DNA of 64,000 nucleotides. Source: Tubulanus polymorphus (taxonomy: Eukaryota; Animalia; Nemertea). The DNA is taken from the NCBI RefSeq assembly GCF_964204645.1, contig NC_134025.1, positions 10,974,001 to 11,038,000 of the forward strand, given 5' to 3'. A program made the translations under genes and the position numbers. The notes below the pieces were generated by a model. It was not told the origin of the DNA. It did not search any database and worked only from the letters and a program-made list of their open reading frames with translations. Below are positions 1-14,992 of the stretch, one piece after another; positions within the stretch are counted from its first letter, which is position 1; the number at the start of each line of letters is the position of its first letter.

Positions 1-1778
1 CTGATGGAACGCCTGTTCGTTGACGGTCCATTACCGCCGGTGATTGCGTTGTCCTACTGTGTTTGTTGGGCCTTCATTTCCTCTCAAATATCCAATTCAA
101 ATTTGAATTTCAGCCTTATTACGTCTGCGAAGACAGCAATCGAAATTGCCATCACCGGTATTTTTTTTCTAGTGTGTTTATGCGCGCGTATATTCAGCCG
201 AGAAACTATAGTAAAATTCGAAGAAAAGAAAGTTCCATAAGTAAATTATCGAGGAGATTTTAATCATTAGTAATGTTACTAAATTAATTGATGTTTTTTA
301 AAGTTGTGGTTCAAGGTTGTTGCCTGGGTGACTGGGCCTTTCAGGTAATAAGTCTCTTTTAACTTCACCAGTCGTCCAACGTCTTATATTGTATAATTCA
401 CCCATGCTCCATCCTATTGTAATTTGATTCGCGTAAAACATTATCATTATTATCATTATTTCCATATCTCTATCCCTTGAATCCTCTCAAAAGTCCTCCG
501 TTCGTAAGAGTTTACAAAATGTCTCACTTGGTTGGGGTGAAATCTTATGTACTTGACGATGACCCCATAAGCTTGGCACACACAACACGAAAAACTCAAA
601 CACACAGAAACAGACCTGCTCCGAAACATGAAACACGTTTACAGAACTACAGTTTTGCTTTGTGCGATAGCCCGGGCAAATCGAATAATCGAAGCTCATA
701 ATTTCGAATCAGAATCTCGCTGTAATTTGCGCTAGATAAGGCTTAGAAATGATTCAACAGAAGATCACTGACCGCGCCGTATACAGTCTTCATCCAGTTG
801 ATCATCACATCTTGAATGTGTATTGAAAATCAACATATCGGTGAAATTTCAGTTTGTTGAAATTTCATCGCCTTCGCGGATGACAAGAGCCTCGCTGGTG
901 AATGCGCATTGAAAATTACTCATTACGGCTCTTATTTTACTTAAATAGTTTGATGTGTTTAGGACGAAGCGTCGCCGAGTGAACTGTCAAAGCCTCATCT
1001 CCGCCTGCTAATACAACCTATCATTTACATTAGATGAAATTGAATACAGTCGCGCGAGTGACAAAAAGTTCATGCTCCGTGTTCCAGATTCGTTTTCGTC
1101 AACGGGGGAGACTATAATATCGCCTCACCGCATTCGCTTTCTCGGTTTTGAAAAGGAGTGAAATTCCATTTAGAAAAATAATCGGAAAGAGTCGCGCGGT
1201 TATTTCTTTCGAAAGAATGAATACAGCCTCATCTTTTGCGTAAGGAACATGATGAATTCAAGTTAATTCGTTGAGCTAAGAATAGAGACATGAAATTCTC
1301 GATTGAATCTTTTTCGATGGACATTCCTCAAGATCCACGCATGAATACTACCCAGGACGAGTTCGTAGATAGCTAATTCATGTTTTGTAACTAATTAAAA
1401 CTTGATTTGAATTGAATTTTACGATACGTTGCTACTTCCTGCTAGTTGCCTAAACCTTAATCACAGTCCGACATAAAGCTAGCTGTAGCTAGCCTTTACA
1501 GAATTGCCAGTTCCATTGCCTTCCAACTTAATGATCGAAGCTATGGTTTGGTTTAGATACGGTATACGCATTCACTGGGTTGATAACAAAACCAGAGTAT
1601 ACGGAGAAATCAAAGGGTGGCTCCTGGTAGACTTGGTTTGCATCGTGGAAACATTTTTTTTTGTATAAAAACAATATAGTAATTAATGTCTATATGATTT
1701 TCTCAATCTCGAACATGTCCATACGGATGCATTTGAAATCAGCACATCGGTGTTACGCATCATTAGTTTTTTCGTGTA

Positions 1779-1830
1779 TAATTTGAAATGAACGAGGGTG
1801 TTTAATTTGAAATGAATGAGGGTTCTTAAT
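1779..1830. repeat. 24-bp tandem duplication
   Basis: TAATTTGAAATGAACGAGGGTGTT is followed by TAATTTGAAATGAATGAGGGTTCT and then TAAT. Confidence 0.8.
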
Positions 1831-3195
1831 GTCGTAACGCTTAATTCTGGTTGATTTATTTCACCGCGCAGTGTCGGTGTCGACCACTCCTGTCGCCTGA
1901 CAGATTCGGATCCACCTTTACAGCCAGTTGTTAATACTCAGTCAGATTATAAGAGTCGAAGACATTGTATTCATTAGTGAGAGCCATTTAACGAGGCTTT
2001 AATGGAAAGCCATTCCCGATTGGAGTGATTTCTTGAAGTTTTCGTCTTACTCTAGTCTGGAACAGAAAAACATTCACACTAAGCAATAATGTCAGGGGAG
2101 ACGGATGGATTTGAATCTGATGACATCACTGGTCATATGCCAGAACTCAACCTTATAGACTTCGTCGTTGCGTTTTTCGTTTTACACCACGTTTTTCGAG
2201 TCTGCAAAAACAGAAAATGACAAGTGGACACAACAACTGGAACTGGATTCAGAAGTCATCAATAAAGTTTTCAAAAATCTAGGTTTCTTGTCTAGTGCTT
2301 GTTTTTTTACCAAACATTATCTTTGTTTTGTTTGTTTTTAATTCTAAATTCATATCGTGTTTTTTGTTTGCTATAGTCCCCAATGATTTGATCTTTTGGC
2401 CAAATTTGATCTTTTAACGAGCCGCCGTTTGATGTTCGATAACGAGACATCGAAGTAGTGAATGCAAGTCGGGTTGATCATAAAGATATTTGATATGCTT
2501 TCCATTGTCTATGAGAAGCCCCGATACTGGTTCGTTTCAAAGCCAGGGCCACGGCGTTCACAGTTAATTCCAGAAATTTGGATATTACATAACGTCGACA
2601 TAATGATCCGCGGTGATTTGAATGCTAATCCACGATTGGAAAATCTGTTTGAAATTGATCTTTCGACATCGACATAGCTTATATTGTGGGAATATTTCGC
2701 ACGCTTTGTCGTGAATTCTCCTTTGAAATGTGACCAGCCGGTATAGCGCTCAATGACAGACACACACCTCTCGACGACTATCGTCGCCAATTCTCGCATT
2801 TAAACCCCAGTCAAGCCAAGTCGCATTGAAACCTTCGCCTACGTGTCATTCGAATCTCCCCGAGCCACACTTCTTCAAGTCTGAATTTCCATTAAAACTT
2901 TAAGCTTCATACAGCGACAACGTCAGACCATTAAAATATGGACTTTCAATGCCCTTTGGAGTTTGCGCTTTCCACAGCTTGAACTGTGATCTCCCTGTAC
3001 TCGCGTCGCGAAAATCCTTTTAATCCGTCAGTGAGCTACCTGTGGTTGCATTGGTCCATTTGCAGCTATACGGTTTTTGTTGGCCAGAATGTCGAGTCGA
3101 GTTTCTCCGATGGGACCGATGTATTTCATTACCAAACGGTTATAATCCCCGAGTTTTAGCGACTTGAGAAAAAGATTACCCCAGTTTATATTGCC

Positions 3196-3357
3196 ATCTC
3201 TCTCTTTGTCTTTATGTCTATACTGTTTCTATCTTCTCTATACGTTTTCTTTGTCGCTTCCCCTCTCTTTCCCTCTGACATCCTCTATATTCACTGACCC
3301 TCCTACCTCCACCCTCTCTCCTACTGTTTCTCGACCTCTCTCTTTCTCTTCGACCTT
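3196..3357 (+). repeat. Degenerate (CT)n / polypyrimidine low-complexity tract
   Basis: About 160 bp strongly C/T-rich on the + strand. It accounts for the Leu/Ser/Pro-rich ORF 3164..3370. Confidence 0.75.
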
Positions 3358-6300
3358 TGATGAAAAATAGATACTTCCAATAACACATTAGTTTTTCAGA
3401 GATTGATTTCTACTTCGAACTTTCAGGTTGAAGAATCCCACATTATATACACCTCATATCGGTTAAATCAATTGACACCGAAGCCTGAAGACAAAGACAG
3501 TCTAATCAGGGTCTGCCTCAAATAAGGGCTGTCCAAACGAATACATTTCCATAATTCGCCACTTCATTCTTATCATTTCTTTGTTTTGGTCTTTTCTGTT
3601 GAAAATTCGGTTTTCTTGAGGAGATTTCACGAATATAATCAATATGCAGTGCATTTCGTTGTACGCTATTATTGCGGCCCTCCGCTCTAATTTCCATCTT
3701 CAAACATCGACCAATGAAATTTCGTCTGAAATTTGCAGCACGCCAGCGCTACGGCAAAATGGTCAAATGAAATTTGCCCGTGTACTTGATTTAAGTGTAC
3801 GATGCACTGATTGCGATGGTGGCCAATTTGTAAGGCTTTCATGTACGTCCACTGAAGTTGGGGCTTTTAAGTTCCGTCCCTTTCCATTAAACTAAATGTC
3901 TTATTAGATTAACCCACTGAGAATTTTGTCCGTGCCGACTGAAAGCTTTCATTCTCTTCGCCCTGGCTATCTCAATCCGCTGTATACGTGCGTCGCTGTG
4001 TGTGTGTGTATGCGGAACTTGATTAGATTTTTCAAGATTCGATGTAAATAAGTGACGTTCTCACAAAAAAAACCATCTCGACCCAACCGTCATCGAAATA
4101 CACTTGAATTCACGCATAACTTTCAAATGGCCATGTCTTACACGTTATATGCGTGACCAAATTCATCTGGATGTTAGATATTTCCCGTTTTAATCATATT
4201 GGTCTGCCTGGTAGCCATATTGAAATTAAGAACCAGCTCGAATGTGGGCTAGGTATCAATGCGCTGTATTGGAAATCACCTCAAACACCCGGCGTCCAAT
4301 TTTCTATCTATCCGACTCCACGTGTATTCATTGAGGACGTATTAGTTATTTTGATTACAAATCGACAGCGACTTCGTGACATTATACATCTTACCACATT
4401 TTGAAAAAGAGATCATCAAGATTGTCAAAATGGGGTTTGATGCCAGTGCCAGAATCAGATACATGTAGTTCGAAGATTTATTATTGTAAATATCACATGT
4501 TACAAAGTGTACAAAATTTTCTTTATTTGTCCATAGCACAACAAGAAATCAGCCACGGTTGTTCAATCCTGCCGGCAACGTCAGCCGTAAGAAAACTATA
4601 TATGTATGTCTGTTTACAAAATGATATATATAAATGATGAGAACTCTTTTGGAAAATATCTCTCATAAGCAGAAGCGCAGTGTCTAGCTTCTATTTGTTC
4701 TTTCTTTTCGTTACCCTATATTGTCACCCAAACCGTCCATTTTCCCATTCAATTTGAAATAACGGCTAGTTTTCAGGTCAAGATGCTTCTTACGCGTGCA
4801 TCAACTAAAAGCAGTAATAACCGACAAGAGTCTTCAATGCCCCTGCGTGTTTACTTTCAAATGTTCTTCATTCGTCTCTGAAATGTACAAAATATATCGA
4901 TTGATTTGTCACGTCGGAATATTCATAACACGACAAAATGAAGAATCCATTGAAATACAAGTGGAGAAATCGGCAGTTGGTCTTGAAGTTTTGTATATGG
5001 AAGCCCATTACACTGGCCCATACCGATGGCGTGACTAACAGTCAGCCCTACGTCAGTTCTCTCATCTCCTTTATCAGAATTACTGGAAGTTCATTTTCAA
5101 TCAGCCCTGAACTGGATTCAGGCTCCCAAATCGGAAAGAAATGATGGCTGTTGAAGAAAAGTTGGTTCAATTTCAAGTCTTAAAGCAATTGAAGACTTTC
5201 TAGCGACCTTGCTTGCAACTCTGAAGTTTTCCCACTGAAACCAAGATGGCCACCATTTGAACTGGCGAGTTTACAGTAGAATGCCTGACGTCATGGTGAT
5301 CTCAAATGTATCTGCTTAGCTGTAGTTCGGCTTCAACTCGATTGTGAATTAGCCATTGAACCATTTTCTCTCAATTTCGCATAAAGAACGAAAAAATTGC
5401 GTGTGGTTTCAGTTTACCGACGCTGGTTGAAATGAGATTTGTTATTGACAGTTTTGTAAGGGCTGCCATGTATGTGGTCATCAGTTTGATATTACGAGTC
5501 GCTCGTTACTGGTGAAATCAATTTCAATATTCACATTTCGAGTCACAAAATTGGATTCAGACGCACGCGGAGGAGACCTATTGAACGAGTTTGAAAGGCT
5601 ATTTCTACCAGTTATTCACCGATGGCTGGTATTGCATTGAAATGCAAGAAAAAAGTCGACTGAATGAACTTGCTCATTTTACCTCGACGCTCTGCGCGAA
5701 GATTTTAATGATTCGAAACGCGGTGTTAATCACGCTGTTTGAAAAGACCCGAAGGTGCGCTTTGGTCTATCGGGCTAAAATTAAGGCATTGTATCAAATG
5801 CGGTTTGCGTTACAAAGTCTTTTTCTCAAATGCGAAGCATTTATCAAATCGTTACATTTGAATGTCAACTATTTGGATTCGAGTTAGGAAAAGAAAAACC
5901 AGTACGGATAGCCTACCTGAAAAACTTTCAGATCCAAGGGCATTTTTAGAATTATTTTGCTCCGCTGATTGTCGCGTCGTAAGGCCGACTTACATGCCTG
6001 GTTTAATCAATATAGGGCAGCCAGGGGACAATTTGACTTAAATCTTTATTTCAAATCAAACTGATATTTCAATGATCTATTGTTTTGTTGTTACTAGTTG
6101 GCATCACTCTTATGGGTTGAGAAGTGACATACTGTGGACAGATACGTAGTCAATATATTATATTCATTTAAAAAACTTGAAATACCGGTGACGAGGTTGG
6201 TGATTTATGCTCTCATTCCCAGTGTGATCAATTTTTCGAATTTCTGAAATTGATCTTTTTCGAAATTGAAAAATATATTTAACATCTCAAATACAGACGA

Positions 6301-6575
6301 CAGAAGGTGATAACGAGGATCAGGATAAAATTGAGTTCGAGGTGTTGCCACATAAGGCTCGGTAGGATAATAACGACCCTGTTCTGAGACAGGATCCAGT
6401 TCCTTGTTATGGATTGAATGTGACTCATTCATTTAAGATTAACCCGCTTTCATTATGGTCTGATTGAAATGATATTTTATTCGTAAAATGGATTGCTGTA
6501 AGTATAAGTAAGAAAAGAACACCGATTCGTCTGCCTTGGAAGTCAGATCCAATTTGGGTATGATCGAGATGCCAT

Positions 6576-6675
6576 AGCCGCGATCACACGAGCGTCTTTG
6601 GCCGTGCCAAATTTGCCGGACCAGGCCCGAGCCGAATTCGATATCATAACCATGGTGTCTCGTGCGCGACGGACA
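6576..6675 (+). mobile_element. Truncated copy of the MITE at 43483-43731
   Basis: AGCCGCGATCACACGAGCGTCTTTGGCC...GGACCAGGCCCGAGCCGAATT matches AGCCGCGATCTCACAAGCGTTTTTGGCC...GGACCAGGCTCGAGTCAAATT at 43483. Confidence 0.65.
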
Positions 6676-9600
6676 TCTCTGAGAAGTTACCACTAAAGGG
6701 TAAAAACCTGCATCTTAAGAACAGCTCGTATAGGGTTAATATGTGCATAAGCACGGGCTCTCTAAAATCATCTTTTTAAAGTCCACGGTACAAGATATGA
6801 CTGATCACTTACGCTAGATATGTGAGAAAATATGAATTTGCCCGACTCCGATGACCCGATTACGCGGCTACAAAAGGAAAAATTATGAGTGTTCAGTTGT
6901 CACGTGCGGTGTTAATGTTTGAAATTCATTTTCACTAATGGATATTGGCCATCGGCGATCCGGTCGCAAAAGTTGAATGTTGAATAAATACAACAGCCAC
7001 TGGTAATGTCTTGGCCTGATCGCTGTTCAAATTTGTTTTGGGAAAACTCTCCGACAATAGCCACTGGCCCAGTCATCATCACACCTATGGGTATCTATCA
7101 ACCAGTATTTGAATTTTTTTCTAGTTTTTCACGCTTATGATGTTGGATCAGGCGTTATTTGTATGCCTACATTGTCTCAGTAGCAGGAGGCTCGACTCGA
7201 AGGACACGACAAAAGGCAATGCCTCCGAAGATCAGATTTATTTGTTGGGTTTGATGGCCGTATTTTCACTCTAGGAACACTACGACACTGTATCAGATAT
7301 ACAGCATAAAAATCAATGATTATAGATAGACAGGTAGACTATATCAAGATATTGCTCCCTCTTCGCTGCGACAAGAACGAGCCTCTTTTAAATTCGTATA
7401 TAAGTAGGAATTTGTTTTTTTTTCTCGAAAGAAACATGGTTCTTCATTAGTACGTGCACATCTTGACAAAACCACAATCCATTGTCTTCGAGTGAACTCA
7501 AATTACAGCTATACACAACGCCAAGTGAAAACCGTGAGTCACGCCGATTTCAAACGGCATTGAAATTGCACTCTCCGCCGTCTTGCCCGGAGAGCTGTGG
7601 TTTTAATATCGATTTGAAAACATGAAATTCAAATGATGAGAAAATGGCCTCGATGCCCGAAATCGACGCAGCACTGCGTGGCAAGTGAGTGAGACGCGTT
7701 ATGAGTTTCGGAATAGAATTGTTTTCGCTTATGGCGTTTTTGAAGTGAAAACCAACAGCGTAGCTTGCTAGCTAGTTAAATTTTTTCAAGTTTCGATTAT
7801 TCGGGGGAAAAAACGACATACTTATCGTTGGAATTTTCTTCTCAGCCAAGCCTCGCGTGCTGCAATTGCTGATCTGCTATTTAACATATTTTTTTCCAAA
7901 ATTCAATCTGTCACATTCCTGCTTAAAACTGTTTTCGTCCTACAGGCAATATACATATAATTATCAACCGTATGAAATATGTCAATAATTATTGGAACGT
8001 TTCGAAGTATCGTGAGTCGCTGAGAGCTGCTGCACTCTAGCGATTGAACGCGACACTAATAACGTCAGCTATCAGATATTACGCTGTACGTATACCATAC
8101 TTACGCTTCTTTCCAAAATTTGAACATAATTTTTCAGAAACCTTTATAAGAAATCTAAATAATTGTATGTGTTTTTAGGAATTCATTTCTATTCTATGTG
8201 GAGTTCGGGTCATTTACAAAATCGCTATGAAGTTGACTCTTTCAAGCAGCGTTGTTGAAAAATAGCATTTGGAAAGCTGTGTTACGATATTCAAGCGATA
8301 TACATCTTTATCTCACGAGCTATTGTCTTATATAGCGGTGTAGCCACATTTCCCGGCGGTCTTAGTAATCGTCGTCGACACGTTTTCGCACAACAATTAT
8401 ACAGACGAGTTTTCGAAAAAGTTCAAAACGAAGCCATTAAAATCGACACGTAGGCCGTAGTTGTTGTTGTCTTAATTAAAGTGATTAGGCATCGCCGTGC
8501 TCAGCCGCACCCAGCGCAAATCCTCCCCGTTTACGACACTCAGATGACTAATTACGACGTATCACTTTTGACGAGAACCCGGCTCGAAATTGAGAGGACT
8601 TCGGTCATCAGCGCAATTTTGAAATGTTTGAAAATATTTCGAAAACGCACCGAAGTGCCTTTGATGACGCGAATTTAAAACCGACCCGCGTGTCTTTGAA
8701 GTGTGTCGTTTGTGCCTGATTGTTCTAATTATTACTGGGACATTTGTGTGGCACTGTGGCACTGGATAATTAGAGTACCCACATATTCTCCGCTGCCAGG
8801 TTTTAGTCTCTTCTATGATGTAACGCTGAATTGTAATTACTCGGTGTTGTATTGTGAGCTGAAATAAAACTGCCACATTAGATGCAGTTCAGATGCATTT
8901 ACCAATTCTTTGGTAGGTTATATGTCCATATAGGTGTGAAAGTGCCAAATTCAAAGTGAAAAATTACATGCTTATCCTGGACAGATACTGCAGATTATGT
9001 GTGGATTTCAAACCAAAGGTTATCAAACTTAAACTCACAGTGTTCCTGAACAAAGAAGGTTTAGGTTTATACTACCCTATATATCATTACCGATACCATC
9101 TACAGTCATGTATCATATAATCTACGATAAGATCTAAATTTTGTCAAAGGCAACATTTTGTCGAAAACTCTGGATAAAGACCTATTCTTCCTGTCTAGAG
9201 GTCACTGCCAAAATGGCGTTTTCTAATTACTTTCATCTAAGACCCTACGATCTTGCCCCTGGATCAGCGCCTACATTTTGTCTTTATTTCAGGAAATATT
9301 GGAGATAGTGAGGATAATCTCTTTCGAGTACTACAGCTATCCCTTTCTGCAAAATAGATAGTACATTTTACTCTTATTTCCAGGTCTGAGGAGCCTGATC
9401 CATAGTTCTAGGCTAAGATTCGACTCGACGAGGTTTAAAACATTGAAAAAAAAAGGCTGAACATTATCTATCAATATCATTCAAAAGAGGTGAAATGCCG
9501 GATCAGTCTTGGGATGCTTTTTGAAATAAAACATTCCCAATTCAACAACAACCTTTTTTGTATATAACATACGTACATCATTATCGAAGCCTAATCTGGA

Positions 9601-10900
9601 AATACTTCATAATTACATTTGTCCGTAATCTGTAATCGACCATTTCGGGGCCGGCGAGATGGAAACGTGATTGCGATCTCATTTTCGCTGTGTAAGGGGC
9701 TTAATATTCTGGTCGTTTCTCATTAATACTTGTTACCGTATAACGCCGTTCACCGTGTCCAGCTTCATTGTGTAATTTTGCGTGGCGCGATCAATACCGA
9801 TCGAGTCCGATATACACGACCGATTGTATTTCATCATCGAGCAATCGAGAGTTGTTTAATTGCCCCGTACCTGTCGCCGATTCGTTTCCGATATGCCTCT
9901 ATTTTCGATGGGCGTTCAACCGATGATAGATATAGAGAGAGAGCACGGTCGGGCAGCAGGGATTCGAAAATCCGACTGCAAATATCATGAAGGAGGCTAA
10001 CGGCGTGATGCATCGCTTCGTTGCGTGGCGAAGTATTACCTTAAATATTTCAAGAGCCACGGCGCGGATGAGTTCGAATTTTTTTTCAATCGCACCAGAC
10101 TATTCTTTCCGGCGGTGAGCACTTCGAAAATGAAGAGATATTCCAATTCGACTCACTCATATGAATATCGGGGTCCATGCTCTCGAATATCATCAAACGT
10201 ACTTGACCCCGTATATGCGACGATTGTTCTAGTGGTCCTCGTAATTGGCTCTGCCCGATTTTAGGATCAGACTGCGAAACAATAGACGCCGTCTGCGAAT
10301 AGCTCGAGGGAGCGAAAACTATCGACGACATCAGTAATAATTCATCAATGAAACAAACGCCGCCGTTGTGTACTGACTGTATAGTTTGAACTGTTACGTA
10401 TTAAAGTGTATAGCTCTCTCGTATCGTCGTATCGTCATCGGATTCAGCAGTCGATCGGGGCAGATGGGGATGAAAACTGTTTGTTAATAAATATTGTATG
10501 AGAGTCAGAAGTCGAGCATTTAAAGATTATTTGTCACTAGAGAACGAACGAATGGGGAGAGTCCTATGCGTAGGGCTGAATTTGTAATGACCGTTTTTTA
10601 TGAGCGATTGCTGCTTCGAGTGGGCCGCGTTTTGACTTTGAGGGTCCGGAAATGAAACGGCAGGTACTTGAGTTATAGTTTTGCGATGACGTTAATTTGG
10701 CCCCGTTCAAGTTTTATTTGGTATTCTCACAATAGAAGTGATCACTTGAAAATGAAAACAAAAAAGATAGAATTCTAATCAAATTAAATGAAAATTCAAT
10801 ATTCGCATTGATTCTATGACTTGTTTATCTCATAAATATTCATGCCCGACTATTTGTTGAAATATTTTGATCTATTCATATTTTAATGTCTTTTCATCTT

Positions 10901-11170
10901 AAAATAGGGATTCACCCTGTTATTTCTTAATGGTAGATATTGTTTGACTTTTTTGGTAGGTGTCGTTTGACTGTTTTTTTATTTGGTTTTTTGTTTATAA
11001 ACCCACCACACCTGCCGGGAGCGAAACAGGGGTTTTGAATCTGAAATCGGAAATCGAAGTACAGATATAGTAATGTGTAATCGGTGGTCGAATTTACAGA
11101 ATTTTTTGTGTAAATCGAAGTGCATAATTGGGAAATTCGGTTCCGGTTCATTCAAACAATCTTTCAACCA
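10901..11170 (+). repeat. Unclassified interspersed repeat family A, copy 1
   Basis: The core CACACCTGCCGGGAGCGAAACAGGGGTTTTGAATCTGAAATCGGAAATCGAAGTACAGATA is shared with 50303-50646 (+) and 28576-28843 (-). Confidence 0.85.
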
Positions 11171-12921
11171 ATCTTTACCCGTTAAGAAAGGCCGAGTTCT
11201 GAAATCGGGTAGTAAGGAACACGTGAATCTACCACAGTGGATTTGATATGTAAATTTGTTCTCACATTTTGTGTCACAGTTCTGCACAGCGAGAAAAACC
11301 TCGGAACAATAAACAGATTATGTGTTATGTATTTCGATGATCCATCTCGAATCGTTTTAAAGTCCATGGTTCAAATTTTAACCAGAACCGAGTTCTGCGT
11401 TCAAAATCTAGAGATAAACCGATTGGAACTGGACGTCTTTCACGAACGGAATCGAGTCGAGGCTCGAGTAAAGCGGCTGACCCGACGATTCAGGAGTTCG
11501 ATTAATTCATATAAGATAAACTGAATGAGTAGCGATCGAAAACTCATAGAAGTGATACTCGGGTGGAAATTAACTCGTAAGACAGCAAAGAAGAATCATG
11601 CTTACTCAACCTCTTTGAGCTTAAAAGGATATATATGTAACAGACAGTTACAGCCATTACCAAGCCTTTCAAACTATTATTTGCATCATGGAAATTCCTT
11701 GAGAAAATAAATTATATTTCCTCATATTACCTCGAAGGCCTTTATCTATATATTCTTATCATTATTGCCCATGAGTTAATATGAAATTTATTTTAAAGTT
11801 GTCGCACTAAATCGCTGTGTCACTATCAAGAACGTAGCCAAACCTAGCGCGATAAATAACCCGAAGCGGTTTGCTGCTGAATTTCACCACTTTATACTCT
11901 AACGTTCCATTTGCCTTCATCATACCCGGGGAAAAAAGATACCGGGTTTCCAGAACGCTGTTGTATCAGTTTTTTTCATCGAACTGAAACGCGCGATAGA
12001 GAATGGATTTTTATTTCTTTACGCTGTTGACGAGCGACGCTAATGGTGTGTCGGACTGGGTAATATTTTTCTAGGTGTGGCCAAAATGTCTTCACCTGCA
12101 GGCTTTGCAAGTGTCGTAGTAATTGTCAGCTCGTGCGAGTTTGTCGCTGTTGTTATTGTTGTTATTTGTTTTGGCTCGCAGCCATCTGGTTATCCTGAAA
12201 ATCCATACAACCTCAGTTGAACAGTGAAAACCTCACTCGAAATTATCAACCAATAATTTCTTTTCAAACATTTTATCTCGGTAATTTCATGTTCTGTCTT
12301 GGGAGCGTATGGTATCGCCAACGCTGCTTTGGCAATCGAGGGCTCTGATAGGATCCGTCGAGTTCGCTCATGATTTTTAATGCGATTCGAATGAACTGGA
12401 ACTTATAATTTTCTCTATAAGTAAACCAAAGTAAATTTAGTCTTATTGTTTATCTCTAGGAAATCCATTTCAACTAACTTATCCTATTGATGGCAAATCA
12501 TGTTACGTCGCTTTAAAACTTGTAGGTATGAAAGACGTAAAATGTTCATTGCCGTCAAATTTTCTTTTCTGCTCCTTCGCATCGTTGGAGAATGTCTCTT
12601 CTCTGTTTCGTTCTGTTTTAAAGTCAAGGGGTTCCTGCTCTTACGGGCAAGAGTATACCTATGAAATTGTTAAGCGCATGATACCCGATCTCGTAGTAAT
12701 TGGTGGCACAGTCTTAAGTTGACAACCGTTTCCTCCAGCGCAAAACTTCACGTTATAAATCAAATACCTTTTTGAAAATTTGGAACGTTGCAAATATATT
12801 CGAATGTACTAGCACGTATTCGTGGTATAGAGGAGAGTCCGCTGACGGGTATTGTGGTAAACATGATCCTGTTTCGTATTGAAATTTCGCAGAGTAGCCG
12901 TGTTAACCGGGTGTAGAATTC

Positions 12922-13096
12922 ATACGAGACGAGTAGTACTATATGGTAACTATTTTCTTTGACGCACGAGCTTTCGCTACTAATGTTTAGTAACGTCAAC
13001 TCTCATTCACCCGATGAAGCTACTATACGTACATGAGCAGCGAAATCTCGTGCGTCAAATAGAATATTAACCTGTATAGTACTACTCGTCACGTAT
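12922..13096. mobile_element. Fold-back element / MITE with ~65-bp imperfect terminal inverted repeats
   Basis: 12922-12986 (ATACGAGACGAGTAGTACTATA...TTTGACGCACGAGCTTTCGCTACTAATGT) is the near reverse complement of 13031-13096, with a 44-bp spacer. Confidence 0.8.
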
Positions 13097-14992
13097 TATG
13101 CATTGAAAATTGTAATTTAGAAGAATAAACACTGTAACATTAAAGTTTCTTTCGGTTTTCACAACAGCCATAATCTTTATTCGTCAATAAGACGAAAGAT
13201 GTTTATCTTGATCACAATGACCTTGACTTAAGGGTTAGATTTCTGAGAGGGTATATTTCTATATTTAGATTTAGGTGCACGTCTGATTATGGATATTTTT
13301 GGCCAGTTTTCATGATATATATAATTCATGACCCTTTTCAGAAGACGATGGTGGAAAATCCCCTTGAAGCCGTTAGCCGGTGTTTCCCTTGCGCATAAAC
13401 TGGTTCCTTTACTCTCGGTCTTAGTCTTTGGGGCGGGCGAAATTTCCTTCCTGTATATATGTAGAAATCCATACAGAGAATTTCTCTCAATATGTGAAGT
13501 GCGTTAAAAACTACGCGGCAATTATTATTATTTCAGAGTCGTATTATTAATTTGTTTTTACAACGCGTATAGCAGCACTTCTTGTTATTAGTCAGTCAGT
13601 AGTGGTGCCGCTGCGGCAACTACCGCGGCATCTGGCTCATATTTTACTGAATAGTTACTCGGGGACCACTCCAGTCCTTATTTGTCCAAATTCAACGACG
13701 GGAGAGGAGTAGCATACAGTGCCGCGCGGAGCTGTGAAGCATCTCGGCGATATTGGACTGCGTAATTGACCACAGTGAAGTGTCCGCAACTCAATTTATA
13801 AAACATTAATGAGTTACAAATATAAGGTGGAAGTTTCAAAGGCGTTATCGATTTCATTTGTGTACTGTTTGCTTTGGTGCATTTGGAGCCATTACTGGCG
13901 GCACTTATAACATCGACTGTGGACTTCAAGTTGCGATTTCAGCCACGTTTCATTTTATAGTTTGACATTTAGTAGCTTGTTAACATGGTCATGTGATATT
14001 CGAAGAATTATGCCGCTGTTTGTTTAACCAATAAATTGCGATATGCACCGCCGATGGGTTTTGTCTTCAACGGCCAGATATGAGACTTGCAGCTTCCTGG
14101 GGTACGCCTAAAGGGGACTACAAAAATGTAAAAGTTTAATTTTTATATCCGGCACGCGGCATATGCACGTATAGAATATTGTCTCGAAAAAATTGCGTTC
14201 ATGATATCCTCATAATATGAAATTTCCTTGTGAATGCTTACGCAATTTTCATACTTAGCTTGTTGGAAATCATACCATATACAGTTTTAGCACTGAATCA
14301 GGCTATGATTTTAGAATGACAATGTTATTGATTTGTGAATAGGCATTTCCTTCTATTCCTAAATATTCTGTTCCTTTTACCTGAACTTAGTCACTAGGTC
14401 CAGTTTCTTTACCTGTTGCCAGTAGACCAGTCCCTTAGGCTTCACAATCATGTAAAATGCACAAAGCCTTCCACTTTTCCCATCGATGCATTTTTCCTAT
14501 GAATGCGCACATTTTTGAAGATTATGCTAATCATGGAGTCTCTCGTTTTTAGAGTCCATGTGCTAATATAATGAAACGTTATATTCGAAGCACCTTTCGA
14601 ATATTTCTACCATCAATAGATCGAACGGTATTGTTATATTCTGATTATACACCGAGGGGCGAGATTGCCGTTGCGTCTTTGTGACGGATTTTCGGGTAGG
14701 TATTATCAAGAGCTGGCGGTTTTGAATCGAACGGATGAAAAAAGGTCATAGGTTAGGCAACTGTTGCCACGATCAATGCAACACAAAAAAAACGAACTCG
14801 CCCTGACCCTACCACAGATGTAACCGGTATTTCATCGAACAAATACCGTGGACGAATTTTTTCTTTTTCTCAGGAACGAAAAGACAAAGCAAATGTCTCG
14901 GGCAGGCATTGCCTATATTAGTTATGATCTATGGGAATAAGATTGATACCCCATTGACAAGCTAGGCTCAAATATTACAATCATTTTAAAGA

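Noticed and set aside
1-31. Minus-strand ATG in good Kozak context (GTAATGG) opening MDRQRTGVPS off the left edge
   Set aside because: Only 10 codons are visible, with no promoter or splice support. It cannot be assessed without the adjacent window.
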